Shown here: positions 45,421 to 55,192 of the stretch, one piece after another
Layout of the letters: each line of letters begins with the position of its first letter
Position numbering within the stretch: the first letter of the stretch is position 1
Position numbers and translations under genes: made by a program
Assembly: GCA_017517385.1 (NCBI GenBank)
Contig: JAFWZG010000039.1
Coordinates: forward strand, 6,153 to 70,152
Length of the DNA: 64,000 nucleotides
Reading direction: 5' to 3'
Source: Akkermansia sp.
GTDB lineage: Bacteria; Verrucomicrobiota; Verrucomicrobiia; Verrucomicrobiales; Akkermansiaceae
The notes under the pieces: generated by a model
The model's input: only the letters and a program-made list of their open reading frames with translations
What the model was told of the DNA's origin: nothing
Database searches by the model: none

Positions 45421-46473
45421 TTAAGACTCTTCGCGTTTGGCGGCTGCCCGGCGCAGGCGGTCCATCATGGCGCAGCCAAGCCCCGTCTCCGGCAGCTCTT
45501 CCGCCACGATAACCTGCACATTCTCGTTCTCATCCATGGCGCGCATCACAGCAAACAGGCGCACAGCCGCCTCAGCCAGTCTCCCGCTGCCGGGTGAAAG
45601 GGGCATCACCTCAGCCCAGCAATCCTGCTGAGCCAAGTCGGATTCACCCTCATAGCTAATAAGGCCATAGCTCACGCCCTCCTCCGGCACGAACTCCTCA
45701 CGGGGATTGCAAAGAATAAGAGGCTTACCGGGGGCATAATGGCTCTTAAGCTGCCCGGGAGCGTTCGGCAGGAGCTCCTCGGCGCCCTTCCCCTTGCCGG
45801 GCTTAATCACGCGGCAAATGCCGCGAAGCTTCTCGCGCGTAATGGGCCCCTCGCGCAGCAAGCGCACTGCGGGCTTACCCTTCTCATCCACACAGGGCAT
45901 GAGGATGGTGCTCTCGAGCCCCTCGGAACAGGCACCGGAATCCAGCACCAACGGAATGGAGCCGCCCAGTTCCGTCTGCACCGCCTGAGCGCTCGTGGGT
46001 GAAATGTGGCCAAAACGGTTAGCACTCGGCGCCGCAATGGGGTGCCCCAATGCCTTCGCCACACCGCGCATCACCTCATGCGAGGGTACGCGGCAAGCCA
46101 CTGTGGGCAAGCCACTCGTCACAATATCAGGAATAATCGGTTTGCGCGGCAGAACCAGCGTCAGCGGGCCCGGCCAAAACTCCTTTGCCAGTGTATCCAC
46201 AAGCGGCTGAAGCTCTGCAGGCACATCGGTATACTCTGCAATATCCTTCGCGCGGGAGAAATGGCAGATAAGCGGGTCAAAACTCGGGCGTCCCTTCACA
46301 GCAAAGACATTCGCCACAGCCTCCGTATTCAGCGCATCTGCGCCAAGGCCATACACCGTCTCTGTGGGCAGAGCCACCAAGCCACCTTCTCCAAGTACTG
46401 CGGCGGCCTCTTTATACACACTCCGGCAGTCCTCCAACGGGTCTACCTCGATTACTCGTGTTTCCATGCGCAC
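45421..46473 (-). CDS. sua5: L-threonylcarbamoyladenylate synthase (Sua5 type)
   Basis: PTETVYGLG, KGRPSFDPLI, FWPGPLT, AAPSAN, GLESTI and C-terminal SUA5 domain (PGQLKSHYAP). Confidence 0.95.
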   Translation of the reverse strand: MRMETRVIEVDPLEDCRSVYKEAAAVLGEGGLVALPTETVYGLGADALNTEAVANVFAVKGRPSFDPLICHFSRAKDIAEYTDVPAELQPLVDTLAKEFWPGPLTLVLPRKPIIPDIVTSGLPTVACRVPSHEVMRGVAKALGHPIAAPSANRFGHISPTSAQAVQTELGGSIPLVLDSGACSEGLESTILMPCVDEKGKPAVRLLREGPITREKLRGICRVIKPGKGKGAEELLPNAPGQLKSHYAPGKPLILCNPREEFVPEEGVSYGLISYEGESDLAQQDCWAEVMPLSPGSGRLAEAAVRLFAVMRAMDENENVQVIVAEELPETGLGCAMMDRLRRAAAKREES

Positions 46474-46568
46474 ATCATACTCCCGAACAGCACATTTGTC
46501 AACGACAAACGCTCAGCTCTCTCCGCACTACACCCTTGAAGGTGCTACAATTGGCGCAAAATCAGCAC

Positions 46569-47078
46569 TCAACGCGCCGCGAATTCTCGAGCCAACTCTA
46601 CATACCCTCGTGCATGGAGGTAATTCTGCTCTTCCACTTCCGGGGAAAGTTGCTTCACGACCTTAGCAGGCGAGCCCAGCACAAGGCTATGAGGCGGAAT
46701 GATGGTATTCTTCGTCACGAGCGCGTGAGCACCAACAATGGAGCCGTGACCTACCACAGCACCATCCAGCACAATAGCCCCCATACCAATCAGGCATTTA
46801 TCCTCCACCGTGCAAGCATGCAAAGTAACGCTGTGCCCCACAGTCACATACTCACCCACATGGCAACCCAGCTCATAATCCACATGCAAGCAGCAGTTAT
46901 CCTGCACATTACTTCCGCGGCCGATGCTGACGGGAGCCACATCCCCGCGCACCGTAGCGTTATACCAGACAGAAGCCTCCGGCCCCACCTTCACCTCTCC
47001 TATAATATCTGCACTACCGGCGATGAAAGCAGGCGCCTCCATCTGCGGACTCTTCCCTCTAAACTGCTCAATTGCCAT
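46569..47078 (-). CDS. Gamma carbonic anhydrase family (hexapeptide repeat) protein
   Basis: SVWYNATVRGD, SNVQD...H, TVGHSVTLHAC and IGMGAIVLDG motifs. Confidence 0.92.
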   Translation of the reverse strand: MAIEQFRGKSPQMEAPAFIAGSADIIGEVKVGPEASVWYNATVRGDVAPVSIGRGSNVQDNCCLHVDYELGCHVGEYVTVGHSVTLHACTVEDKCLIGMGAIVLDGAVVGHGSIVGAHALVTKNTIIPPHSLVLGSPAKVVKQLSPEVEEQNYLHARGYVELAREFAAR

Positions 47079-47306
47079 ACCGAAACTCTACCACAAGGCA
47101 ATGGGAATGACAAGAAAATCCGTAATCCACCCCGGCATATTATAAAGTAGCACGCCTGAGCAGGAGAAGCCTCAGCCATTCAGCCCGGCATTTATTCTCC
47201 AGAGAGAGAACACACCAAACTCTATAGTTTACAGTCAGTAAAAGCAAATAACCCCTCAATTTACTCTTGCAATTAATGATTAAGTATGATAGCATGCGCC
47301 CCGTTC

Positions 47307-48365
47307 ATGATTACTGACTCTCAGTCCCTGTTTGAATGGAAGGTACGCGCTATGGCTCAGCCGAAGGGGCGCACCGTGCTGGATTTGGAAGCTGACAGCA
47401 TGCACCGCCACCACGAAAAGCTCTGTCTTATCCAGTATGCTGATGAGCAGGGAGTCGCTATCATTGACCCGCTCACCATCGAAGACCTCCGCTCATTCGC
47501 CGTCTGGATGGAAGAAGCTGACGTCTGGATGCACGGTGCAGACTATGACATGAACCTCCTGCAAACAGCCTTCGGAACCCTTCCCCATCTCATTCTGGAC
47601 ACCCAGATTGCGGCCCGCCTGCTAGGGTTCCGCCAATTCGGCCTTGCAGCACTTGTGGAACACTTTTTTGATGTAACCCTGAGCAAGAAAAACCAGAAGG
47701 CGGATTGGGGGCTGCGCCCCATGAGCGAAAGCATGAAGGAATACGCCCAAGGAGACGTAAAATACATGCTCCGCATGGCAGACATTCTCGTGGAACGCCT
47801 GAAGAATGCCGGGCGTTATGAATGGTTCATTGAAAGCTGCGAACTGCAAATGCAAAAGGGCCGCGAACGACACCTTGCAGCGGATACGGACCCGTGGCGC
47901 ATCAAGGGCAGCGGCAATCTCGAGGCACGCGGCCTCGCGGCACTGCGCGAACTCTGGAACTGGCGTAATGATGAAGCCTCCATGTGGGACCGCCCCGCGT
48001 TCATGGTATGCTCCAATGATGAGCTCATTCGCTGGAGCTACACACTGCAGGAGTTCCGCAGCGTTCACACCCCGCACTACTTCCATGCCCACCGCGCCAC
48101 CCGCTTCCGCCGCGCGATTGAGCGCTTCCAGTTGCTGGACGAAAGCGAGTACCCCCAGCCGCCCAAGCGCACCCGCCACGAGACAGCCCCCGAGTTTGAA
48201 GAGCGCTTAGAGCACTGGCAGAAGCGCCGTAACGTCTTGGCTGAGACACTCAATCTGGAGCCCTGCATCATTGCTACCCGCAGCCAGCTGGAATCCATCG
48301 CCAATGATTATGAGCGCGGCATGAGCAAGCTCATGAACTGGCAGCGGCAGCTACTGGAGCACTAA
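47307..48365 (+). CDS. rnd: Ribonuclease D (DEDDy exonuclease plus HRDC)
   Basis: LDLEADSMHRHHEKLCLIQ, DTQIAA, ADWGLRP and EYAQGDV motifs. Start placed at MITDSQ downstream of TTGCAA-17-TAGCAT. Confidence 0.88.
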   Translation: MITDSQSLFEWKVRAMAQPKGRTVLDLEADSMHRHHEKLCLIQYADEQGVAIIDPLTIEDLRSFAVWMEEADVWMHGADYDMNLLQTAFGTLPHLILDTQIAARLLGFRQFGLAALVEHFFDVTLSKKNQKADWGLRPMSESMKEYAQGDVKYMLRMADILVERLKNAGRYEWFIESCELQMQKGRERHLAADTDPWRIKGSGNLEARGLAALRELWNWRNDEASMWDRPAFMVCSNDELIRWSYTLQEFRSVHTPHYFHAHRATRFRRAIERFQLLDESEYPQPPKRTRHETAPEFEERLEHWQKRRNVLAETLNLEPCIIATRSQLESIANDYERGMSKLMNWQRQLLEH

Positions 48366-48412
48366 TTCCCCCTCCAAGTGCGTAAAAAATTAGCCTGTGA
48401 CCCGATTTTATC

Positions 48413-48441
48413 TTGAAAGACGCCGTCTGAACGGGTAGAAT
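48413..48441 (+). promoter_or_regulatory. nagA promoter
   Basis: TTGAAA, 17 bp, TAGAAT. Confidence 0.6.
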
Positions 48442-48493
48442 ACAGGCAGGAAACAGGAGGCGTACTGACGCGCCCCCTTACGTTACGCACACC

Positions 48494-49636
48494 ATGAAAA
48501 CGCTCATCACTAATGCACGTATCATCTCCCCCGGCGTAGACATCGCGGGCGGGTCCGTACTCATTGACGGCAAGAAGATTGCCGCTGTTCTCATGCCCGG
48601 CGAGACTACCGAGGCTGATAAGACCATCGATGCCGACGGCGCTATGCTCATGCCCGGCTTCATCGACATCCACTCCCATGGTGCCGGCGGCTGTGATACC
48701 TGCGACTGCAAGGTAGAGAGCATCCGCACCATCGCTGACTGCAAGATGAAGGAAGGTGTGACCACTTGGCTGCCCACCACCCTGACCCTCGGCACCAACA
48801 CACTGGCCGATGTATGCCGCGTGGTGAAGGAATACGCCGAGAGCCCGAATGGCTCCAAGACCCCCGGCATACACCTGGAAGGGCCCTACATCAACCCCAA
48901 ACAGTGCGGCGCTCAGAACCCCGCCTTCGTTCGCCCAGCAGACTTCGAGGAAGTCAGCATGCTCAATGATATCTACCCCGTGCTCTACATATCCATGGCT
49001 CCCGAGATGCCCGGCGCCGTAGACTTCATCGCCAAGGCAAGCGCCATCGGCATCACCTGCTCTGCCGGCCACTCCGCCGCCAGCTACGCAGACTTCAAGA
49101 AGGCCAAGGCCGCCGGCCTGAAGCACCTCACCCACTTCTGCAACCAGATGAGCCCCCAGCACCACCGCGAAATCGGCCTCGTGGGCTCCGGCATGCTGGA
49201 TAAGGATATTAAGATTGAAATCATCTGCGACAAGATTCACCTGTGTGAGGACATGCTGAACCTCACCTTCACCAACAAGGACATCTCTCAGATGATTATG
49301 ATTACGGACTCCTTGGCCTGCTCTTGGATGCCCGATGGCCCCGGCCAGCTGGGCGGCCTACCCATCATCGTGAAGGGCGGCGTAGCTCGTCTGGAGAGCG
49401 GCAATCTGGCCGGCTCCACCCTGCGCTTCGCCAAGGGTCTGAAGAATGTACAGGAGCTTACAGGCAAGCCCCTCAGCGAGCTGGTGAAGGCCACATCCTG
49501 GAACGCAGCTCAATCTCTGGGCCTGTACGACTTGGGCAAGGTAGCCCCCGGCTACACCGCCGACCTCGTGCTATTGAACGCCGAGTACGACACCGTGATG
49601 ACCATCATTGACGGCGAAGTACGCTACACGGCATAA
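48494..49636 (+). CDS. nagA: N-acetylglucosamine-6-phosphate deacetylase
   Basis: PGFIDIHSHG, HLEGPYI, GHS, THFCNQM, ITDS and LAGSTL motifs. Confidence 0.95.
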   Translation: MKTLITNARIISPGVDIAGGSVLIDGKKIAAVLMPGETTEADKTIDADGAMLMPGFIDIHSHGAGGCDTCDCKVESIRTIADCKMKEGVTTWLPTTLTLGTNTLADVCRVVKEYAESPNGSKTPGIHLEGPYINPKQCGAQNPAFVRPADFEEVSMLNDIYPVLYISMAPEMPGAVDFIAKASAIGITCSAGHSAASYADFKKAKAAGLKHLTHFCNQMSPQHHREIGLVGSGMLDKDIKIEIICDKIHLCEDMLNLTFTNKDISQMIMITDSLACSWMPDGPGQLGGLPIIVKGGVARLESGNLAGSTLRFAKGLKNVQELTGKPLSELVKATSWNAAQSLGLYDLGKVAPGYTADLVLLNAEYDTVMTIIDGEVRYTA

Positions 49637-49737
49637 GCCCACAGCTACAGCATCATTTCCGGCCCCCGGTAGCAACAAACTCCTGTTACCGGGGGTCACC
49701 CACAAAACAAAACCGCTTTTCTCCAGCCACTGCCGTC

Positions 49738-50496
49738 ATGCTCATCTCTCCCTTAGCTGCGAAATTATGTGCCGCCCGCGGCATTAACCCCGCCACCCTC
49801 AGTGGCTCCGGCCCCCGTGGCAGAATCATGGCCGCTGATGTACTAACAGCCGGCAGCGCACCACAGAAACGCGGCGGCACCATTCTGGCAGACCCTGCCT
49901 CTCAGCCCACTCGCGAAGCCAAGGACGGCTATTACATCTATGATGACGAGGTGGATATGAGCGCGCTTGTCGCCATCAGCATGCCCATCGCCGTGCAGTG
50001 CGAAAAACTGCTGGAGAACCGCTATTCTCTCTTTGACTATATTATTCGGGCCGCCGTAAAAGCCTGCTCCACCTGCCCCTCATGGCTGGATCCCTCCGGC
50101 AAAATTGACGTCATGCTCTTCGAGCACAAAGGCAACATGGTTACCGCCATTGAAAACGCCCAGAACAAGAGCATTTACCGCATAGCCAAGGAAACCGCCG
50201 CACCTCAACCGGTTCCCGAAAACTTCGCGCCCCACATCATCGTGTGTGACGCCCACACCTCACGAGACCAAGTAGCAGCCCGCCTTCAGTCCGGCAATCG
50301 TCCCGGCTTTGCCATGCTCGCACGCGGTAGCCGCGAAAAAGATACCATCCGGGCCGGCACCGATGAGAAGTACAAAAACACCCTCTCATACACCTTCTAT
50401 GCAGCCGCCACTCTGCCGGAGCAAGAAGCCAACCGCATCGCCGCTGCACTGCGAGCCCTGCTGTATAACCCGGTCAGACTGCTGCTACTCTCTTGA
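49738..50496 (+). CDS. E3-binding (PSBD) domain plus degenerate 2-oxoacid dehydrogenase E2 catalytic-like domain
   Basis: ISPLAAKLCAARGINPATLSGSGPRGRIMAADV at the N-terminus. No lipoyl domain. C-terminus 'ANRIAAALRALLYNP.RLLL' lacks the DHRxxDG motif. Confidence 0.65.
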   Translation: MLISPLAAKLCAARGINPATLSGSGPRGRIMAADVLTAGSAPQKRGGTILADPASQPTREAKDGYYIYDDEVDMSALVAISMPIAVQCEKLLENRYSLFDYIIRAAVKACSTCPSWLDPSGKIDVMLFEHKGNMVTAIENAQNKSIYRIAKETAAPQPVPENFAPHIIVCDAHTSRDQVAARLQSGNRPGFAMLARGSREKDTIRAGTDEKYKNTLSYTFYAAATLPEQEANRIAAALRALLYNPVRLLLLS

Positions 50497-50554
50497 TATT
50501 GACCATCTCTGACCTGTTTTTCAAGGAAAGAGAGAAGAAAATACAGGAATCTCA

Positions 50555-50583
50555 TTGACTTCACGCCGGACTTACGGCATAAT
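50555..50583 (+). promoter_or_regulatory. kdsA-lpt operon promoter
   Basis: TTGACT, 17 bp, CATAAT. Confidence 0.6.
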
Positions 50584-50611
50584 ATACGCATCATTAAACA
50601 CACTTTTACTC

Positions 50612-51430
50612 ATGTCCTTCCTCATTCAGAACGTAGAAATCGGCGGCAAGGCTCCCTTCTATCTGCTCGGGCCCTGCTCTCTTGAGAACGAAGAATTCGC
50701 TTGGCAGATGGCTCGCAGCATTAAGGAAATCTGCACCCGCATGGGCGTTCCCTTCATCTTTAAGGCCTCTTATGACAAGGCCAACCGTACCAACGTGAAG
50801 AGCTTCCGTGGCCTCGGCATCGCTGAAGGCTGCCGCATCCTTTCCGAAATCGGCAAAGAACTGCAGATTCCCGTGGTAACGGACGTCCACACTGAAGAAC
50901 AGGCAGAATACGCCGCTCAGTACGTAGACCTGCTGCAGATTCCTGCTTTCCTGTGCCGCCAGAGCGACCTTTTAGAAGCCTGCGCCAAGACAGGCCGCCC
51001 CGTGAACATCAAGAAAGGCCAGTTCCTTGCTCCTTGGGATTGCAAAAACATCTGCGAAAAGATGCACGCCTTCGGTTGCGATAAGTTCATGCTCTGCGAG
51101 CGCGGTACCACCTTCGGTTATAACAACCTCGTGGTAGATATGCGCGGTCTGTACTGGATGCGCCAGTTCGGTTGCCCCGTAGTATTTGACGCCACACACT
51201 CCGTACAGCGTCCCGGCGGCCTCGGTGGCGCCACTGGTGGTGACCGTGATTTGGCCCCCGTACTGGCCAACGCAGCCATGGCCGCCGGCATCGATGGCGT
51301 CTTCATGGAAGTTCACAGTGACCCTGACAACGCCATGTCCGATGGCCCGAACCAGGTTCGCCTGGATGATCTGGAGCGCGTGCTGACCAATATGCAGCTC
51401 GTGCGCAAGGCATACGACCAGATGTCCTGA
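50612..51430 (+). CDS. kdsA: KDO8P synthase (3-deoxy-D-manno-octulosonate 8-phosphate synthase)
   Basis: GPC, KASYDKANRT, QIPAFLCRQ, NIKKGQF, ERG, FDATHSVQ and MEVHSDP motifs. Start reassigned to MSFLIQ. Confidence 0.96.
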   Translation: MSFLIQNVEIGGKAPFYLLGPCSLENEEFAWQMARSIKEICTRMGVPFIFKASYDKANRTNVKSFRGLGIAEGCRILSEIGKELQIPVVTDVHTEEQAEYAAQYVDLLQIPAFLCRQSDLLEACAKTGRPVNIKKGQFLAPWDCKNICEKMHAFGCDKFMLCERGTTFGYNNLVVDMRGLYWMRQFGCPVVFDATHSVQRPGGLGGATGGDRDLAPVLANAAMAAGIDGVFMEVHSDPDNAMSDGPNQVRLDDLERVLTNMQLVRKAYDQMS

Positions 51431-51906
51431 TGAAGCGCTGCCTTATCACCCTCTGCGCCCTTACGGCACTTACCTCCACAGCTGTGGGGGAAGTGCCGGT
51501 GGATGATTTAGTAGGCAATGAGTTCCCCGGCCTGCAGTTACTGCCTCCCGGCAGCAAGATACGGGGCATTTCCCTGCCGCGTTATGAAAATCACCGTGTA
51601 TCAGCCCTGCTGATGACGGAGCTGCTGGAAATTCTCACTCGCTCAGAAATCAGATTCACCGGCATCCGCGCTCAGCTCTATGCAGAAAACGGGGAAGTCA
51701 CCACAGTATTCTGCCCTCAGGCTGATTATGATTTCAGTAAATCAGCCGTAACAACAACGGGCAACGCAGAGGTGACCAGCCCCCGATTCTCAGCTCGTGG
51801 TGAAGGCGTTATTTTCAGCACTAACACTAATACGGGTATTCTGCGAGGGCCTGTTCGCACCACCGTGAATAACTCAGCATTCAACCGAAAAAACGGGGAA
51901 AGATGA
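51430..51906 (+). CDS. lptC: LptC-like LPS export protein
   Basis: N-terminal hydrophobic segment and beta-jellyroll pattern (A.YD......T.G...V......ARGEG...F). Position between kdsA and lptB. Confidence 0.65.
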   Translation: MKRCLITLCALTALTSTAVGEVPVDDLVGNEFPGLQLLPPGSKIRGISLPRYENHRVSALLMTELLEILTRSEIRFTGIRAQLYAENGEVTTVFCPQADYDFSKSAVTTTGNAEVTSPRFSARGEGVIFSTNTNTGILRGPVRTTVNNSAFNRKNGER

Positions 51907-54170
51907 AACCTCTGCGCGCTGTCTTATGCCTACTGGCCGCCGTGTCAGCCTCTGCAGCCACGCCTCCGGAACTGCAGCAAGCTATGGCGGAACGCATGCA
52001 GACTATAGAAGAGCTGCAGCTTAACAGAAACGCGACCGATGAAGCCATCATCAGCCTCCTTGGGGCTCTGCCGCTCCCTGCCGAAGAGCCTGATACCTCC
52101 ATGCCGGAACAAAACGGCACGGATACCGTGGCTGTGGCGGATAGCGGCATGCTCTTTGACGCGAACAACGCCCGCTTAGTATACCTGAATAACGTCCGCG
52201 TAGCGGATTCCCGCTTGGAGCTGCGTTGCGCGGACCGACTCTACATCCAATTTCCCCAGAGCGAAACGGTGAAGGCAGCCCAAACGAGTGCCTCCCGGCC
52301 GTCAGCCGCACAGCCAGAACAAGAAGAAGAGCCTGAGCATACCATCATCCTGACGGAAGAACAGGGTGAGCCGGTCAGCATCAATGCCGGCACGGCCATA
52401 GTGGACGCCGTTAAAAACCTGATATATCTGGAAGCCGCCAATGAGGACGCGTCACGCCTCTCCATCAGCCACAGTGGCTCTCAGCTTCTCCTCACCTCCG
52501 CGCAGGACACACCTGCAATCATCCTTGCGGATACGAACGGAGACATTCTTTTCCGCTCCGATTCTATTAACATGCAGTGGGTGGATAGCGAAGGCCGCAC
52601 TAGCACGCTAATTAACCAGCACGGCACAGCCTATTACCGGGCAGAAACCAACACGCTGCACTTTAGCGGCCCCACCAGCCTCTGCACCCCGGACGGCACC
52701 ATATCCGCAGAAGAAAGCCTCGTACTGAAGCTCGTGGTGAAGCAGAACGAAACAGGCTCTGACTTCATGTCGCAGTTTACCGGCATAACGATTGAGGGGG
52801 TAGAATCCGGCACGGCGCGCGGCAAAGTGGTATTGACACGTCCGGCGGTTGATGGCAGTCCCGCCTCCGAAATTCACGGTGATGAGCTCTCATATAACGG
52901 CGCCACAGGAGAAGTCCACATCAGCGGCGAAGAAACAGCGCTCGTATACGGAGAGCAGAAGCTTTACACAAATGGCTTCCTGAAACTGGCAAATAATGGT
53001 GATATCACCCTGCAAGGTGACACCATCCACGGCGTATACGCTCGCCCCAGTGCAGAGGAAGGAGCTGACGCCCTCCCGGGCACATTCAGTACTTCCGGCT
53101 GCATCACTTTCACAGCGGAGACTCATACTATTAGCCTGCCGAACGGCCTAACAGCAGAAGACGCGCTCAGCAAGGTCTGCGCCCGAGGGCGTGTGGATAT
53201 TCTACTCCAGCCGGAGGCGGAGGCTACAGCTCCTCAGCAGGAGAAGGCAGGAATGCTGAATCTGGCCATTGCCGGATACAGAGATATCGCCTCCATTCGC
53301 ACTACGGGCGGCCTCAGCATTCAGCACCGCAGCAGCGAGCAGGAGGAAGGCTTTTCCATTACCGCGGATGAGGCGGACATCAACCTCCTGACAGCGGAAG
53401 CCACCCTTACAGCAGCCGCCGGCAATACTGCTGAACTGCGTTACAACGGCCACAGACTCGCAGCCACCTCAGAGAATGGAGCCGCCTCCCTTAATCTTGC
53501 TTCAAATGGCGATTTGATGATGATGGGTGAGCTGCTCACTGTAGAACTCCCGGGCAAACAGTCTCCCACCGTAGCCACGTGTACAGAAACACTTACCCTG
53601 AACCGCGAAGTCGGCAAAATACACCTCGGCCCGCGCGCCCGGATGATTGCCGATAGCGGTAGGCTTTCCGCAAATGGTGAGCTGGAGCTCTCCCTCTACC
53701 CCGGTCCGGAGGAGAAGAACCGCCCCGTCATGGAACGTTATCCCCAGCTTGTGTTCAATTATGCGGGCCTGAAGGTGGCTAATACCCCCCATGGTGGCAC
53801 GATTCAGACCCCGCAGGGTTCCATGCAGTGTACCGGCCCCATTCACGTAGAATTACTCCCGCCTGATGCCGCTCAGAACAATGAGATGGCAGGGGTACGT
53901 ATCGCCACGGCTGAGGGTAATGTTGCCATTGCTGGCAGAGATAACTCCGGGCGCATGCTGAGAGCCACCGGCGACAGACTCAGCGTAGACGGCACCACCG
54001 GCACCAAGACCCTCAGCGGTAACCGCGTCACCCTGCAAGATGCTCGTAACACGCATATCGCCTCCGGCGGTGGAGCTCGCGTAGTGGTGGATCGTAACAA
54101 TAATGTGCGTATCAGCGGCGCACGGCAAAGCACCTCTGCCACACGCGTCCGTGACCAGATTGATAACTAA
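51903..54170 (+). CDS. Large exported LptA/OstA-like beta-jellyroll protein
   Basis: Signal peptide. Repeated beta-rich units (VYLNNVRV, LRCADRL, ATAEGNVAI, ATGDRL). Occupies the lptA position. Confidence 0.5.
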   Translation: MKPLRAVLCLLAAVSASAATPPELQQAMAERMQTIEELQLNRNATDEAIISLLGALPLPAEEPDTSMPEQNGTDTVAVADSGMLFDANNARLVYLNNVRVADSRLELRCADRLYIQFPQSETVKAAQTSASRPSAAQPEQEEEPEHTIILTEEQGEPVSINAGTAIVDAVKNLIYLEAANEDASRLSISHSGSQLLLTSAQDTPAIILADTNGDILFRSDSINMQWVDSEGRTSTLINQHGTAYYRAETNTLHFSGPTSLCTPDGTISAEESLVLKLVVKQNETGSDFMSQFTGITIEGVESGTARGKVVLTRPAVDGSPASEIHGDELSYNGATGEVHISGEETALVYGEQKLYTNGFLKLANNGDITLQGDTIHGVYARPSAEEGADALPGTFSTSGCITFTAETHTISLPNGLTAEDALSKVCARGRVDILLQPEAEATAPQQEKAGMLNLAIAGYRDIASIRTTGGLSIQHRSSEQEEGFSITADEADINLLTAEATLTAAAGNTAELRYNGHRLAATSENGAASLNLASNGDLMMMGELLTVELPGKQSPTVATCTETLTLNREVGKIHLGPRARMIADSGRLSANGELELSLYPGPEEKNRPVMERYPQLVFNYAGLKVANTPHGGTIQTPQGSMQCTGPIHVELLPPDAAQNNEMAGVRIATAEGNVAIAGRDNSGRMLRATGDRLSVDGTTGTKTLSGNRVTLQDARNTHIASGGGARVVVDRNNNVRISGARQSTSATRVRDQIDN

Positions 54171-54192
54171 AACGACTGATAACTTTTTTTCT

Positions 54193-54930
54193 ATGGACAG
54201 AGAGATTTTATTGAAAGCCGAGGGGCTGTGTAAATCCTACAACGAGCGCAAAGTCGCAGATAATGTGAGTCTGGAGGTACACGCCGGTGAAATCGTGGGC
54301 CTTCTGGGGCCAAATGGCGCCGGTAAGACCACCTCCTTCTACATGGTGGCCGGCTTGGTTCGCCCTGATGCCGGCAGCGTGATGTTCGCCGGGCAGGACG
54401 TTTCCGGCCTGCCCATGCATCTGCGAGCCCGCCTCGGCATGGGCTACCTGCCGCAGGAAGAATCCATCTTCCGCAAGCTTTCCGTCATCGAGAACCTGAT
54501 GGCCATTCTGGAAACACGCAAGGATCTCACCTCCAAACAGAAAAAGGCAAAAGCTGATGAACTTCTCGAGCGCTTCAACATCACCAAACTGCGCAATAGC
54601 CAAGCCATCCAGCTCTCCGGTGGTGAGAAACGCCGCCTGACTATCGCTCGCGCTCTGGCCAGTAACCCCACCCTGCTCATGCTTGACGAGCCCTTCGCCG
54701 GTGTGGACCCCATCGCCGTGCAGGATATTCAGCACATCGTCGCATCCCTGCGTGAGACGGACGGTCTCTCTATTCTTATCACGGACCACAACGTGCGCGA
54801 AACCCTCGGCATCGTGGACCGCGCTTACATCCTTTTCGAAGGCAAGGTCATTAAGCAAGGCAGCTCTGAAGAGATTGCTAACGACCCCAAGACCCGAAAA
54901 ATCTATCTGGGCGAACACTTCAAGATGTAA
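54193..54930 (+). CDS. lptB: LPS export ABC transporter ATP-binding protein
   Basis: GPNGAGKTT, YLPQEESIFRKL, LSGGEKRR, DEPFAGVDP and TDHNVRETL motifs. Start at MDREILL. Confidence 0.96.
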   Translation: MDREILLKAEGLCKSYNERKVADNVSLEVHAGEIVGLLGPNGAGKTTSFYMVAGLVRPDAGSVMFAGQDVSGLPMHLRARLGMGYLPQEESIFRKLSVIENLMAILETRKDLTSKQKKAKADELLERFNITKLRNSQAIQLSGGEKRRLTIARALASNPTLLMLDEPFAGVDPIAVQDIQHIVASLRETDGLSILITDHNVRETLGIVDRAYILFEGKVIKQGSSEEIANDPKTRKIYLGEHFKM

Positions 54931-54958
54931 GCAGGCCCTTCAGCCATTCTTTCTCTAT

Positions 54959-54991
54959 CTGCACACGGCCAACGCTGTGTGCAGTTTTTTT
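54959..54991 (+). terminator. Rho-independent terminator
   Basis: CTGCACACGGC/GCTGTGTGCAG followed by T7. Confidence 0.85.
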
Positions 54992-55095
54992 AACGCAGAA
55001 CCCAAATTGAGGCAGTCCTTTTTCTTCCGGCACCCTTTTCTGTGGTTAAGATTATCCCCCCCGCATCAGCAAATCTGAAACATCCCCAATAAAAT

Positions 55096-55110
55096 TTAGA
55101 ATTATTTTAA
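55096..55110. promoter_or_regulatory. PerR/Fur-like box upstream of rubrerythrin
   Basis: TTAGAATTATTTTAA versus the Per box TTATAATnATTATAA (2 mismatches). Abuts the -35 of TTGCTT-17-TATATT (55113-55141). Confidence 0.55.
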
Positions 55111-55192
55111 TCTTGCTTTTTTTAAATTTCCGTGCTATATTACGCATAGCCGCTGAGGCAGCGGAGAAATTCATACACCAAGATACAGCATT

